From Mobula hypostoma (Eukaryota): DNA of 64,000 nucleotides. The position numbers were made by a program, and so were the translations under genes. Location of the stretch: assembly GCF_963921235.1 (NCBI RefSeq), contig NC_086108.1, forward strand, positions 68,636,001 through 68,700,000. Direction: 5' to 3'. Shown here piece after piece: positions 1 to 13,134 of the stretch (positions are counted from its first letter, which is position 1; each line of letters begins with the position of its first letter). The notes under the pieces were generated by a model. That model did no database searches. It was not told where the DNA came from and saw only the letters and a list, made by a program, of their open reading frames with translations.

Positions 1-2889
1 TTGCTTACAATGCTTATGCTGGAAGATAAAACAGAGATTGCAGCTTTGGCCCTAATTTAACACCGACTGTATCAGCTCACTTTTGCTTTTCAAGTTTTAA
101 TTTCCAGTAAAAAATATCACTCCTGACGCCATCGTTATTACTCTGAACCCTCGCACCTACATCGACGCTCAGCCATTTGAAGTTCAACCATGCGCCCAGA
201 TGTATTAAAAACGACCTTTGAGAATGAAAATCAATAACACACGTTCTGTTTCAAACTGAGATATGTTTGTCCACAATACTGTAGTTCATTTGAAATATAT
301 GGCAGGTTTGGAATAGCAGATTATGTTTGTGACAAAGTAATTGACTAGTAGTTATGGAACTGATCAAATTAAATGTCCATTAAGCTCTGAGTGACAATTC
401 ACTGGATTGAGGTCATTTGATAGGGCTGGTTGTGTTCCTTTTCCCTGTTTTACGTAGGAGTGGCAGATTGCCGAATTTAGATCGTTAAACACCTGGCATA
501 CACCTTGAAATTAAACAATGAAGTTAATCATATTCTTCCAAGGCGTCGGGCACGTGATAGAATTGATGTTATTGTGAATTTGATAATGCAATTCTAATTT
601 CTGTGTAAAAATTCTGCGGTCCAGTTTGAAAGTTATTCCACCGTCATCTCTTCTACTAGGGACCCTTGAAGCACGTTTGCACAGAGGGAAATTATACATT
701 TAGGAAATCCTCCATTTGAAGAAATTAATTAAATCATATGCCATTTATTGATATTATTGAATTTTGCAAAGTCCTTTCTTGACAAAGAAGTTCACACGAT
801 AGTAACACAATGCGACGTCTAACTTTTTTTAGTGATGAGATTCTAACTTCTCATTTGTACGCGGAAAAACTGATGCTAAGCTTTTTGCAATGAACACAAA
901 ATACAAAAGCAAATCCGAGGCACGGATGCTGACTAAAATTTACTGAATTGCTATTATGTGTATTATTCGTCAACATTTTTAAAACTTTTCATTTTGTTCA
1001 CTATTTGAGAATAGAAGTTGCAATTAGTGAAGGCGCACGTTCACCCAAACATTGCTTTTTGTGGTAAATTTAATTATTTCTTGTACCTCTTTTCGTTAAT
1101 ATAAACGTTTGACACTGATTAATTAATTTAAAACATTTCATAAAATTGTTTTCAGAATCGTCAGCGAATTATTCCTATTTCCTGTTTTCGCTCGGACTGA
1201 AATGTTTCAAATTTCTTGATAAATAGCGGAAATAACCATAAATTCAAACTGCTCTAATGTGCTTTTTTTCCAAAATAAATATTAGTCTTCGTCTAGAATA
1301 TTCGTCATGTTATATTACAACCATCCAAGCCATCAGAAGAAAAGGTTATATCTGCCATGTGTTTATTTCTTATATTGGAGCTAATTCATTACTTTTAAAT
1401 ATTCTTCCTAAATGTTTATTTAGAACAATAGAAAGTGACATATATACCAGCAAGAATAAGTCCCTTCAATTAAAGTTAATACTTTCTTTACGAAGTTTTA
1501 AGATTCGAATATTTGCCTCTTTTTTTGTTTACTTTCGATTTTCATTTGGATTATTTGGAAAATTATTTTTGATTTTCTTGTTTCCTATGCTTTTTTTTAA
1601 CAGAACAAGTTTCAGATCTATTAAGAGACGACGTAAATGCCCAAAATTTTTTCAATTAAATAGAACAAGTTCTACATAACTGCGGGACACCGTTGTTAGA
1701 CATACTTGGCGAGTATATAATCATGTACAACAAATATTATATTTAAAATATTGCATAGTTAGAGGTGTAAAATATGTATATAACCTGTGAAATATAAAGC
1801 TAGCGAGATTGTAAACATTCAGTTGATTGGAAAGTTCTCAAAACAGTTTCACATTTTCGATAATGATTGGAATAATACTGCAGCCTGGTGGAGACCTAGC
1901 GAAGGACCAAATATTGTGACCCTTCATAACCATAGCGACAATCCTCTGGGTGCTAACGCCCGTAGTAGTATTCTCAAATATAGAAACCCTGAATTAATTC
2001 GTCTGTGAAAGTTTGTTCAGATGTTGGGCATTTCTTTGACACAGACAATCTGCAACCAGGGGTTGTTTTTCAATTAGAGTTAGACAACCCAATCAAATTA
2101 GCTCGCCGTTCAGGCCACTTTATTATTTCGTTGTATTGTGTTTCACAGACTGCAAGATTTTAATATCGTTGGAGCACTCGCAAAATGTTTTTTTTATTGA
2201 TTGACTAGGAATTGTAAAGGCCAATTAATTAGCATAGATGCCGAGCGTTTGCTTAATGTCAGCGGTGATATTATTCTGTTAAAACAACAACACAACAAAC
2301 TTATTTTCAAGGATGTAAAAAGACTACCAACTAGAAGTTTCGCTGTTTCAATTATGTTTCATATTTCCTCTTCTGCAATATATGCTATATCAGGAGTTAG
2401 CAGTAAGTTCAACGCCGGCCTTTTAGACATGATGTTTACACAGTTATAGTTGAGGCAAGAAAGTAAATACATCACTCTGCCAGAGAGCCGTTTAGTAGGA
2501 TTAGGTTGCCATAACTACGAATTTGGTGAGCTGTACAATCTTAATTCAACAGTACTCTTTATTACACTTTAGTCGCCTTTTATCAAATGTGGATGGTCAT
2601 AAAGCCAATCTAGTGGACGTTTTTACGTTGGGTTACAAACTTCAGGAACTTCATAAATTGGTTGTGATGTTCTTCAGTTTATTATTAATAATGTTTCCTA
2701 TAATATTTCACCAATGTTGCATATTTGGGGAAATTATAAACGTTTTGTTTCCGAAAATAATTATGACTGATCGCCGCGCTTACTTTATCTGCACTTCCTT
2801 ATATTAAGACTTGAGATTTCCAAAGCAGTTTTTGTCAATAAAAAACTATTGTGCTGTGTCTGCTTTCGTTTGTTAAGAGTTAATCAAGA

Positions 2890-3519
2890 TACGATTTGTT
2901 TACAAAATAACCTTTATTTCTATCAAATGCAAACACATAACTTTAACTGCCTTACACAAAAAAAGCTTGAACGAACACAGATCAGCGGCGAGCTTCTATG
3001 TACAGTGCAAGTATACAAACATTGCGCTACTGACTTGCTGTAGCTTTTCCTAAATACAATTATAAACGCATCTAACTTCCCGAACGTTTGCTATTTACAC
3101 ATCTTCGATCGTCTACTTGAAACAGCCTCAAAATAAGCCCCGACTCAAATCTACAATATATTTACTTCGCACCTTAAGTACGACGTAGAACGTCTGACCG
3201 CTGTTCCATTAGAATATGAATTTTCTACATATTACATTAATAATTTAGGATTATTTCTGTTGTGTTTAGACATTACACTTGAGAATCTAAGTACACAATA
3301 ATCAAAGTAACTCCGTGATTATGGCTATGAATTACAATACCAGCGAAATATACTGTTATTACAAAATTGCACATTAGCACATTATCGTACAATGTTTATT
3401 GACTAAATGTTTAACTCCTCGCGTGCATGTTTTAAAAAATAGCAAAACAGGCACGAGGCAATTCCTAACATTCCACCAGTGCTTTGTGGCAGTTTTGAGA
3501 TGCTTTAGAGTTTTGCAAC
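2890..3519 (-). other. Probable DMRTA2 3' UTR with two candidate poly(A) signals
   Basis: AATAAA on the minus strand at 3400-3395 and 2918-2913. Pumilio element TGTACATA at 3004-2997. The end point is inferred. Confidence 0.5.
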
Positions 3520-4391
3520 TTACTGTTTATCCGGGTTATTATTTACAACTGATCCGTAAAGTCCATTAGTATACACTTGATCTTTGTGTAAATTGGACCT
3601 GTCTCGCATGAGGTCGCTGAAGGCATAATCCATGGGTGGACGAAAGCCCAGTGTTGGGACAAGACCCGTCGTAGAATAAGGCGTCATGAAAGCAAGTCCC
3701 CTGCTATGGGTTGAATACGCTAAGCGAAGAGGGTTGAGTCCTAGATGTGGCCCAATGGCATAGGTATTGGGATCTGCAGTAAAATGGGCCGCATTCGGTT
3801 GGAGTGGGGAGAAAGCAGATCTGTTGCCTAGAGTCCCAATGGCAGGAGGCACGGTCCCAGCTACCAGGGGTCTATGCGATGTAGGTCCTTGAACAGTCTG
3901 GTGCGTCCTTTCTCGGTGCCAAGTTTCTTCCGTAATCTTTTCTTGTTCTCTATTGTTCAGGATCTGTTCAATAGCTTGGACAACGTCCCCTCCACAGCCC
4001 TGGAGGACCAGCTCGAGAACGCTTCTTTTGTGCGAAGGGAAGACCCTGGTGAGAATTTCTATGGGAGTCCTTTGGCGGGCAGCTGTGGACGGGGTCCCGT
4101 CTCTCTCGTCCTTGTCTGCCTCTGACCCAGATTCAGAACCCAGCGGCGTGATGGTCCTTGGACTATCTTCTCCTTCCTTTAGAACTTTACAGATAGGGGA
4201 ACTAAGGAAAGATTCTCCATCTCCGTTCTCAGACCCAGATCCGTGACGAACATCTGGGGACGAGGTCCCGGGGACACTACCAGTACCCGATTCGCTGTCT
4301 CCGACCATCGGCTTCGCCAAGGACTGTTGCGGAGTAACAGCTCTCGGCATTAAACTTTTTTGAAATAACTCATACTTCTGGAGTTTCGTTT
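3520..4391 (-). CDS. DMRTA2: DMRTA2 coding exon 2, DMA domain and conserved C-terminal motif
   Basis: AG acceptor (TTTGCAG|AA) at 4393-4392 joins in frame to give [21 protein letters not shown] domain [39 protein letters not shown]-terminal [35 protein letters not shown]. Spliced CDS 1296 nt = 431 aa plus stop; intron 4392-5733. Confidence 0.96.
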
Positions 4392-5733
4392 CTGCAAATC
4401 AAGTTTAAAATGTATTAAACTGTTGCTATCCGATGCTATTTTTATTCTCTAAAGGATCCCTCATCTAATATAATTACCAACATAAATGCGGAAAGTTTAA
4501 AACAAATGAGATTTTGGAAACTCGTTCAGTTACTTACAGCGCGCGTTTTTTGATAGCTAACAATTAGTTACCATAAAGGTGTTTACAACCAAGCATGCTC
4601 TTGTCAGAATCCCGAAGCTAAATAAGACCACATATTAACAGATGATCGGAACTGGAAACCTCTTCTCAGATTAGAGATTGGGTTTACTAAACGCAGTAGT
4701 TATAATGCTGTAGAAATGTTTTTCTTTTACTTCATAATTGCGTCTAATTAAATAAAAACATTCTTAGTAAAAAAAATAAACCGATTTCAGGGGCGACTAC
4801 GACCACAAAGGGTCAACGAAAACAAATGATTTAACATGTAACTTAATGAGAAAGCAAAACCACAGTGGCGATGTTTCAGGGTTACATCAACTGTTGTACA
4901 AAGTATTTGTGAATGAATCATTTCTCGTTATATGTAAAATAATTACAAATTTTACAAAATTGCCTTCGTAAAATTATTTCATAATGTTCATTTACTTAGA
5001 TGGCCGTGGCATACGCTGACACTAAAGCAAAGGTCATTTATGTCTGGGTCCTTTCGTATGAGGTGGCACTAATGTTTTCTTCTTTTACACAATTTGTATA
5101 CTGACGATTATGAAACCGTTATATGCGAAATCTCAAAAACAATTTAATGTTCACTTTGCATTTGGGTAAACAAAAATCAACAAAGTAGATGTGTTCTAGG
5201 TTGCGCCAAATTTCCACGTAAGAAGAAAAGCGTTTTTAATTATCTTGGGTTGGAGATTTAAAATCCAAAAGAGATTAATTGTTTATTAATTATTACATCA
5301 AATTGAATAACATCTGAGGCCTAAGTAACTCCACTGAGTATTAGTGGTGAGGCAGGCCAGGGCAACACCAGTTCGAAACTTCTCTCGTAAATACTTCCCG
5401 GGTGGTGATTTGCTTTTAACAGGTTTTCACTGTCGATCTGTAAATCTGATTCTCAGAAACTAATATTAATCATACTTAAACTTAATGTATACTCACTTAA
5501 ACATAAATTCTATTTAGATGCTACGGTGTTACTCTAAAATGAACGATTTTTTTGTGATGGAGAACCTTTTACAAACGCGGGTTTTTGACCCAGCTGCTCA
5601 TTTTGCACATAAAGTTAACAAACACTTCGGTTTGGGGTGGGGGTGGGGAGCATGAGGAGCTACCGTAGGAATCATGACCGCAACTACGGTTTAAATCAGA
5701 AGTTTCTAAAAGTTTTGAAAGATCAGATTGTAC

Positions 5734-6157
5734 CTGCGTTACCATCGGAGCAGACAGAACCGAACACGTCGTAAGAAGATCGCGATGGCATCATACCGTT
5801 GGCAGCTGCAAGAGCCAATCCTTCCGCCGTCCCGTACAGAAGTTGTAGCTCCCGAGCTTCGTTCTCCTCCTGTGCCTGCTGCCTTCTCAGGGCCACCTGG
5901 GCCGCCATCACCCTCTGTCTCTCTGCGATCAGGGTGCACTTGGCACACATGCAATCCTTCCAGCGACAGTAACGTTTGTGGCCCTTTAAAGCCGAGACGA
6001 CCCCGTGGTTCCTACACCGGGCGCACTTGGGAGTCCTGGGGTACTTCTCGGTGGCGCGTAGGAGCAAAGGCGGAGCGCGAAGGAGCGTGCCCGCCACCGA
6101 GACAGGTATCGCTGTCTGAGTCGTCGGGGTGCTGGAAAGCTCCGTACGCAATTCCAT
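5734..6157 (-). CDS. DMRTA2: DMRTA2 (DMRT5) coding exon 1, DM DNA-binding domain
   Basis: The ORF reads MELRTELSS...[93 protein letters not shown]: a DM domain with DMRTA2-type flanks. GT donor (GCAG|GTACAA) at 5733-5732. Length 424 nt, phase 1. Confidence 0.97.
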
Positions 6158-6309
6158 TATTTTAGAATTGATGCCGCTGATTTTAAAATGATGCCTGAAA
6201 ATTTCACCCTGAAAGTAGTTAGTAAAAACTCCGTTGGAAATAGTTGAGATTGTAAGTATTAATGCACAGGCAGAATAGGAGAAGACTCTAAGAGCAGTGT
6301 GAGGAGGTG

Positions 6310-6485
6310 GCGATTCTATATATTACATTAGCATTAATGCTCCTCGTTACAGGGGTTGAATGAACCCAGTTCCGCGCTCTCTCTATTGTTGCTCGTTACG
6401 TTTTCATTAGAGTGAAATTGACAACATGTGGCTCCTGCGATTGGCCGAATGGCACGCGGCTGAAAGCACACTTCTGATTGGTTAT
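6310..6485 (-). promoter_or_regulatory. Candidate DMRTA2 proximal promoter
   Basis: On the minus strand: TATATAGA at 6322-6315 and CCAAT boxes at 6444-6440 and 6481-6477, 160-320 nt upstream of the ATG. An upstream non-coding exon is not excluded, since TTTCAG acceptor-like sites lie near 6195 and 6209. Confidence 0.5.
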
Positions 6486-9099
6486 GGTTACTGTTACCTA
6501 GTGTCCACCTGAACCTTCCAAAATAACCAAGCGAAAATTACAACAGTATCTTAAAAGTAGGTCTGTTATTATATTAAACTAAACATGTACTATCCGTTAT
6601 TTTGGAAAATGCTGTTTTGGAGAGGTTATTTTTTTCTTAGCAAAATATTCGTTAAACGTGTTTACTTTGTAGGCTGTCGTTATAATAATACGATATAGAG
6701 AATAAGGCAGACTTTGAATTCTGGGTAAGTAACAAGCATACTTTGTTATTTCCTCCGCTCGTTCCAAACAGGGTTAACTTGGTTGGCTGTCATCAACGCG
6801 GCATTCGGGTGAAAGAACACACTTGAAACACTTGATAACTATATTAGACGATCTAGTTTTGTATCTTTTCATTGTCGAGTCGATTGTTGTTTTTTTCGCA
6901 GTGAACGTGAAATACGCAATCTAAAAGTTATACTTATTGTTATATTAAATAATTCTATATTTAAGACGCGAGACCTTGCGAATGCACTTCCAGTTCACTA
7001 GCATCACGTCGTGAACATGAACTATACTGTCTTTCTTCACGGGTGGTAACTTGATTCCGATGAAGGCAAATTACGCACAGGAAGAAAAAAGATTGTTTCG
7101 CTGCGTTAAGGTTTTACTAGAATATTAAGAACCAAATCTGTATTAGTTGTAACTTTAATCAAACAATAAAATCGTTGTTTTATCGTGCGTAATTTTGATT
7201 GTTTATATCTAATATGGCAAGTTTTTTTTCAACCAAATATAAATAAACGATCATGAAGAGTTGGACTTTTGCCAGTATAATAAGTCAAATAATCGTTAGG
7301 AACAGCGTCCCGGCTGGAAGAGCGGAGAGTTTAAACCATCGCCTCAGAAGTAGGCTCCCGGAAATGCCCGATTGGCAAGAATACCTAGCTTCTCACATAA
7401 TCACACGATGATTAACAACTTTATTTTCCCAGTACCACCCATACAGTAAACTATAGCCTTGATATCAAAAGGCACAGATGAGCATAAAGAAACTGTTGAT
7501 ATTAGTTCGAAGTGAAGGACTTAAACAGCAACATAAATAGGCCCTAAATAGTCGAACTTGCAAACGATCTATTATGCGAAGGACATCGTCGAAACTTTTT
7601 GTATTTTTAAAACTAAAATTGGAAATGGCTGAATTTTTAATAGTCAACAAATAAAGAATTATCACAAAGCTGATCTTTGCGCACAATGATCGACCATATA
7701 TTGACGGCAGATCCCCATCAGAGTGTTTGTGGAAGTGCGATTTACCCTCAGAATGTCCGCATTAAAGGTTTGGGCGCGGTTTATTTTGTCTATAATTGGC
7801 GATAATTAAAAATAATTGACAAAACATGATTAGCTATCCATCCGATAATTAATTGTCCCTACATATATGTAACGACTCACAGATAATTTTGATATAGTTA
7901 TAAAGATGTTGGAAATTATAGGTTAAGCAGTAAAACTGAGAGTAATTTATATTGGGGAATCAAAGGGGAAATAGATGATATTCAGGATCGTGCTGGGATG
8001 CCATTCTATATAAATCAATCAACTGTCAAACACCTCCTCCCTTGTTAGAACAGCCGGGGTAATTTAACTGGTAATTTTATCCACTGTTCGCTTTTATTCA
8101 CTGCAAGGTGCATCATTTAGCCTGAATCGACGGTTTCTTTTCAGCAAATTTCGCGCCTTGATAACGAATACCCTGTTTCAATTAAGAAAACAAGCAGAAT
8201 TACATGTTTGCGTGTTTATGTAATTCACCAGATATTGACTTTCATTGGGATATGTGAAATCATCCAGGCCTTGGCTGGAATAGTATAATATTGATGATTA
8301 AAATGTATTGTGCAATAAGGGACATCCCAAATAAATATCACTTCCCGGAAAGGCTGTTCTGTATTAGAAGTGTACATGGTCTCTCTTAGTTTTTTTGTAA
8401 GTATTACTGTCCTTAATAATTTGTAATGCCTATGTAAGCAGATTCTTGCCCAATATGTCCTGAAATAATTTGCTGAAAATATCCAACCGCAAAGCACTGA
8501 AAAGAGAAAATAAAGGTCGAAAATAACTTCTGTTTATATCAATCAATTTCAACAGTACATAAACTAAATATTTTCGTTCAATGAAAAAAAATATGCGCAT
8601 TTGTTTGGATTTTAAACGATTTTAAAAGCATCGTAGCGATAAAAGGGCTTTAACCTGTTAAATCGATCAGCTGAAAACAATAGCTGTATCAGGACAAATC
8701 TAGACGTTGGTTTTCAGTTCATATTTACTACTGTCACTGTCGGTGAGCTGAGAGTATCAGTGCACGGTTGCAAATAAATTTAACAACGGAAAGACGGCGG
8801 TCATAGTGCCAGCTGCAAGAAACACTGGTTTCGTCAGAATTTTGAAGCTAACTTTTCAAACTGCTGATTTTTGAATGTTGTATCTTCTGTAAAAATTTAT
8901 TCATGCAACGTCAATTCACCCAAAGCAGAAGGAAACCCAAATGAACGTGTTACCAAGTCTCGCAAAGTCGCAAACCTACGATTGAACCTAGCTCAACCTT
9001 TTGGCGATTTGGGCATCTGAGAGCTATGTAATTAACATTAGTTATTTATTTTAGTTCGGAATTAGGCCGATTACAGACATAACATATTGACTAACCTTC

Positions 9100-9245
9100 C
9101 AAAATTGTAATAAAACGGAAATTACCGGACACGATTCAGAACAAAGATCTTTCGTCAGAACGGTACGGAACCGTAACCAGTCCTTAACATGAAATGTTAA
9201 CACTGTTTCTCTTCCCACATACACGGTTTGACCTGCTGAGTATCA
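9100..9245. mobile_element. Highly decayed Penelope-like terminal-repeat remnant
   Basis: GAAATGTTAACACTGTTTCTCTTCCCACA...TGACCTGCTGAGTA resembles the terminal sequence of the better copies at 24.4 and 34.4 kb. Confidence 0.45.
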
Positions 9246-9865
9246 TTTACTTTAAAATTCCATCAAACGCAATTTTAATTTTTTTCTTCCAAAAATGACA
9301 TTTTGTTGTAGCGTTCTTAAAATCAAGTGCAACCAGATATATAATAAGTTATTATATAAATATAACTTGTTTTCAAATGGATTTGCCTGCGGAAAAACGA
9401 AAACGCGGAGATGAATCCAAATAGTCATTTCGGAAACTGTTCATCGACTTTCACTGAAATGGTATTGACGATTTGATGGTTCCAATTAACGCTGTTTGTG
9501 GAAAGAAACAGAAATATTGTAGGGCATAGGAGCGTCTGCAACGAGCCGAGTTCATTATAACGTTCAAACTGCGCTTTTGCCATTTATTGTATCGCATTTT
9601 TATGCGCTTTCTTTTATGTGAAAAACGCATATTGGTATTTATTCAAGAAATGCAACTACGAAATCTAACCTTCAAATGTACTGGCACCTCACTGACACAT
9701 GTGCATTGTTTGATTTTAGACAAATTGCGTCCTTATCCTTTGAAAAGTATTCTTATTCCAGTATATATTCTCGTTTTTGATTGTCAATTGGACAACAGGA
9801 TTGCTCAATATTCTTAAATATCCATGTACTTTTTATCTGGAATTATCCTTAAGTGTTTGTTATCT

Positions 9866-9869
<4 letters not shown>

Positions 9870-9911
<42 letters not shown>

Positions 9912-9927
9912 TCTCTCTCTCTCTCTC
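9870..9927. repeat. (CT)n microsatellite
   Basis: Directly visible, with one interruption. Confidence 0.97.
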
Positions 9928-12900
9928 CTTTTGACAGATGACAGTCCTCGTATACCTGCTAATATAAGTGGTCTTTAAGGTTTCATTTGTTCCAGGGCTG
10001 TTCCATTGACTTTTTCATTGTTTACTGAATGAATCAGTGTAAGTAAATGCCATCTGTTTCCCGCTGGTTTAATCTGCACCTTTAATTACCCAGCCAAGAG
10101 TCTAATAGAGATGATATTAAACTAAATCTTTTTGACATTAAAAGTAATTATCTCAGGACGAATCTTACACGAATGAAAATTACTTCGAAGATATCCGATT
10201 TTGAGGCTCTCGTTCACACACGCCACTCAAGTAGCTTTACACAATATTTAAGTTTTTACACTCGGATATCACCAACCAATGTATGTCAATGATATTGATT
10301 ACAATGTTGTTCATACGTGTTGAATTACAGTATCCGCCAATTCTAAAAAAATAATTTCTAGCATTTCTAATTTTATATTTTCAAAAACAATGTCTTGATA
10401 AAATACATTTAACATTTCACTATTGAGTCCCTCAATAATTCACGCCCCAGGCCAGATATAATACGACGTTTTACGCAAAAGTGATAACATTTTTAAATCG
10501 TTTTAGTTTTAAATAGATGGGATAAAGTTGGGAAATAAACGACTCGTCTCCGCATGAATTAGAGTGATATATCGCGACTTTAGCACAAGTGTGTGTAACT
10601 AGTGTGTGCACAGAAACAAAACGTGAACAGACACAAATCTTACTAAGCATTATTAACTTCCACTCTTCGGATAAGCTAGCTAAAAAGGGGTAAATCAAAA
10701 ACAAATGATTTCATCTTTTTGGTCAACGTGTATTTACTATGGTTTGGATTTAAACTGAACCATAATTTCACCGTAGCCAAATCACTTTTCCCTTCAAGCA
10801 ATTCAGTTTTGAACAAGCTGTTCTGGAGCAAATGCAACAACACTTTCTTAAAACCTATAGACGATTGTGTTTTCCGGGTTTTTACATTTCCACAAAGGAA
10901 AGATTGACCCAACATATGTAGCAGCATGTTGCTGACCCTAACTCCCTGGAGCTGCATTCTCACGGCTCGCTAGCTGCCGCTGTCCCACCTGAAGGCAGCC
11001 CAGTCCCGGACTGCCATTGAACCGCTCCCCGGAGCGGGAGCTGAAACAAATAGGTTAGAGTAGCACATATAACATCAGATAAGCTTTGGGAAACCCAACA
11101 CTTATGCACGCTTCGTCTCCTAACTAAGTGTTCATTAGGTTGTTAACCTCTTTGAGAAGCAAAGGGCATGTGATAATGTCCTCTTCACAAATACAATCTT
11201 TCCCTTAAGGCAGTTCACAAAACCTAAAAATAACTACAGAATGGAGAATTGGACTCGGTTTCAATCTTCAATTATTTGCATAACTACAAGGGAAATGTTT
11301 AATTTAAACTTTAACTTGCACATTTCCATCCTGCGCTGTAATGCGCTGCGATTAAAATTAAATATAATTTAAAACGCAAATGTTAATTATTGTTTGTTCT
11401 GTATTGTAATATATGGAAGATAACCGTTTTGTTCTCATATTTATGCCCAGGTGAGTTCACGTTGTTAAAATGCTGCCGAAATGAATGACTTCTCTGATGA
11501 TTTGGTTTTAATTTTTAACACGATTGTTTCATACATCCATATTCCATCCACGGGTGGTTATAAATTCCTATAATTTTTCCCCACTGTAACACCAGACCCA
11601 AGTACTGGCCACAGATAAGGATTAAAGCGAATTTTACCCGCATACCCACTAAAAACATTAAACTGAATGTTAGCATACAATGTGTAACGTATGTGCTTTG
11701 TTTAGGGATTTCAAATTGGATATGTTTAAGAGAGTAGTCATTTTATTGTAATTTCTTAAAGTACACATTCTTACACAGGATTGTACTTTATCCGACTTCG
11801 GTTAAGTACAACGTCTGATCGAAGGTTGACGATGTCCAATTCTGTTTAATCGCCTCCAGGACCGCTGCTGACAGCATGTCGGAGCTCTTCAAGATTCGAA
11901 AGTGAATGCCTCACCTTTAAAGAAATCCGCCAGTTCCGTTTAATAATGCTCTTATTTCTAATTGACGGATTTCCAGGGAAGAGCCCGAAATGAGTAACTC
12001 TGACCAGATTCCCACAGCTATTGTGTGGACTTTCGGTTCCCTTTAGGACCATTTCTGTCTCTTTCTTTTCCAACCCCTCCGGCGTGGATTAAAGCGTCAG
12101 ACAATTTTATCTTCGCACCTCTGCGCCGGTTAAAGGCACTTTGAGGTAATGTGAATAGGGGGCTTTAAGAGAGAAAAAAGTTGCATGTTGTTATAACTGC
12201 ACCACTGATCATTCTGAAAGAAACTACGGCAACTGTAGGAACAAACATCTACAAAGTACTAATTGATCACTTAAAACAGCGGATCAGCACCACATCTCTC
12301 GCAGACGGACTTCAAAACTGTTCACAAAAGAGATGAGTTGGTTGGGAAACTGCTAATAGCAGTAGCACGTGTCTTTTTATGCAACTAAAAATAAGATTAT
12401 TTTAAGGTTTTGATAAAATAGTGTTAGCCCCTCCATCAAAACGGATCCTAACGAGATTCCTAGAATAAGAATTCTGAATCTGATCATTTGAAGTAGTCGA
12501 AATGAATACTCTTCGAATCTCATTAACATGGTTGATTAAAGAGTTATCGCGTTAGATTGATGATCTTTATTTTCCCTCGACCATATGAAAACGATTCTTT
12601 TTTTATGCACCAGGTATTCGCTGTAATTAAAATTCAAGCCCCGTCTCATACATCTGCTTCGTCTTTGCCAAATGAATTGAAGAGGAAAAAAAGATTGCAT
12701 TTAGATCACAGATGGGTGCAGGTTTTGGAAGAAATTTGAGAAACACCATTGTCCGAAATCAAAACTCAATGTGTTCGCTCAAAGGAGTATTCTTTAGCCT
12801 TCGGAGTTGTATAAGACTTGTTTTTTAAACTTGAAGTGTTCTACACAATCACGCGGGCCCTAAGTGTCACAACCATTCTGATTCCAAGCGTGGCTGATTC

Positions 12901-13074
12901 TAAATGTTATAAAAGCTAAAGAAAAAGAGTACAATTATGAAGCAATAATTATGCTACTTAGTTCGCACGCCATAGCATCCAAGGAAGCTGTTCTTTGGAA
13001 CGCAGATATTCACCATCCCGGCTACGGTTCTATCTAAAAGCGAGGTTGCAGATTGGAGAATAGCGATTGTTTGT

Positions 13075-13077
13075 TGT

Positions 13078-13122
<45 letters not shown>

Positions 13123-13134
13123 CGCGCGCACACA
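13075..13134. repeat. (TG)n microsatellite running into GCGCGCGCACACA
   Basis: Directly visible alternating purine-pyrimidine tract. Confidence 0.95.

Noticed and set aside
1257..1679. 140-aa plus-strand ORF
   Set aside because: AT-rich, low-complexity F/I/L/K composition with no recognisable domain; likely a chance ORF.
3874..6165. Plus-strand and alternate-frame ORFs overlapping DMRTA2
   Set aside because: Shadow ORFs of GC-rich coding exons.
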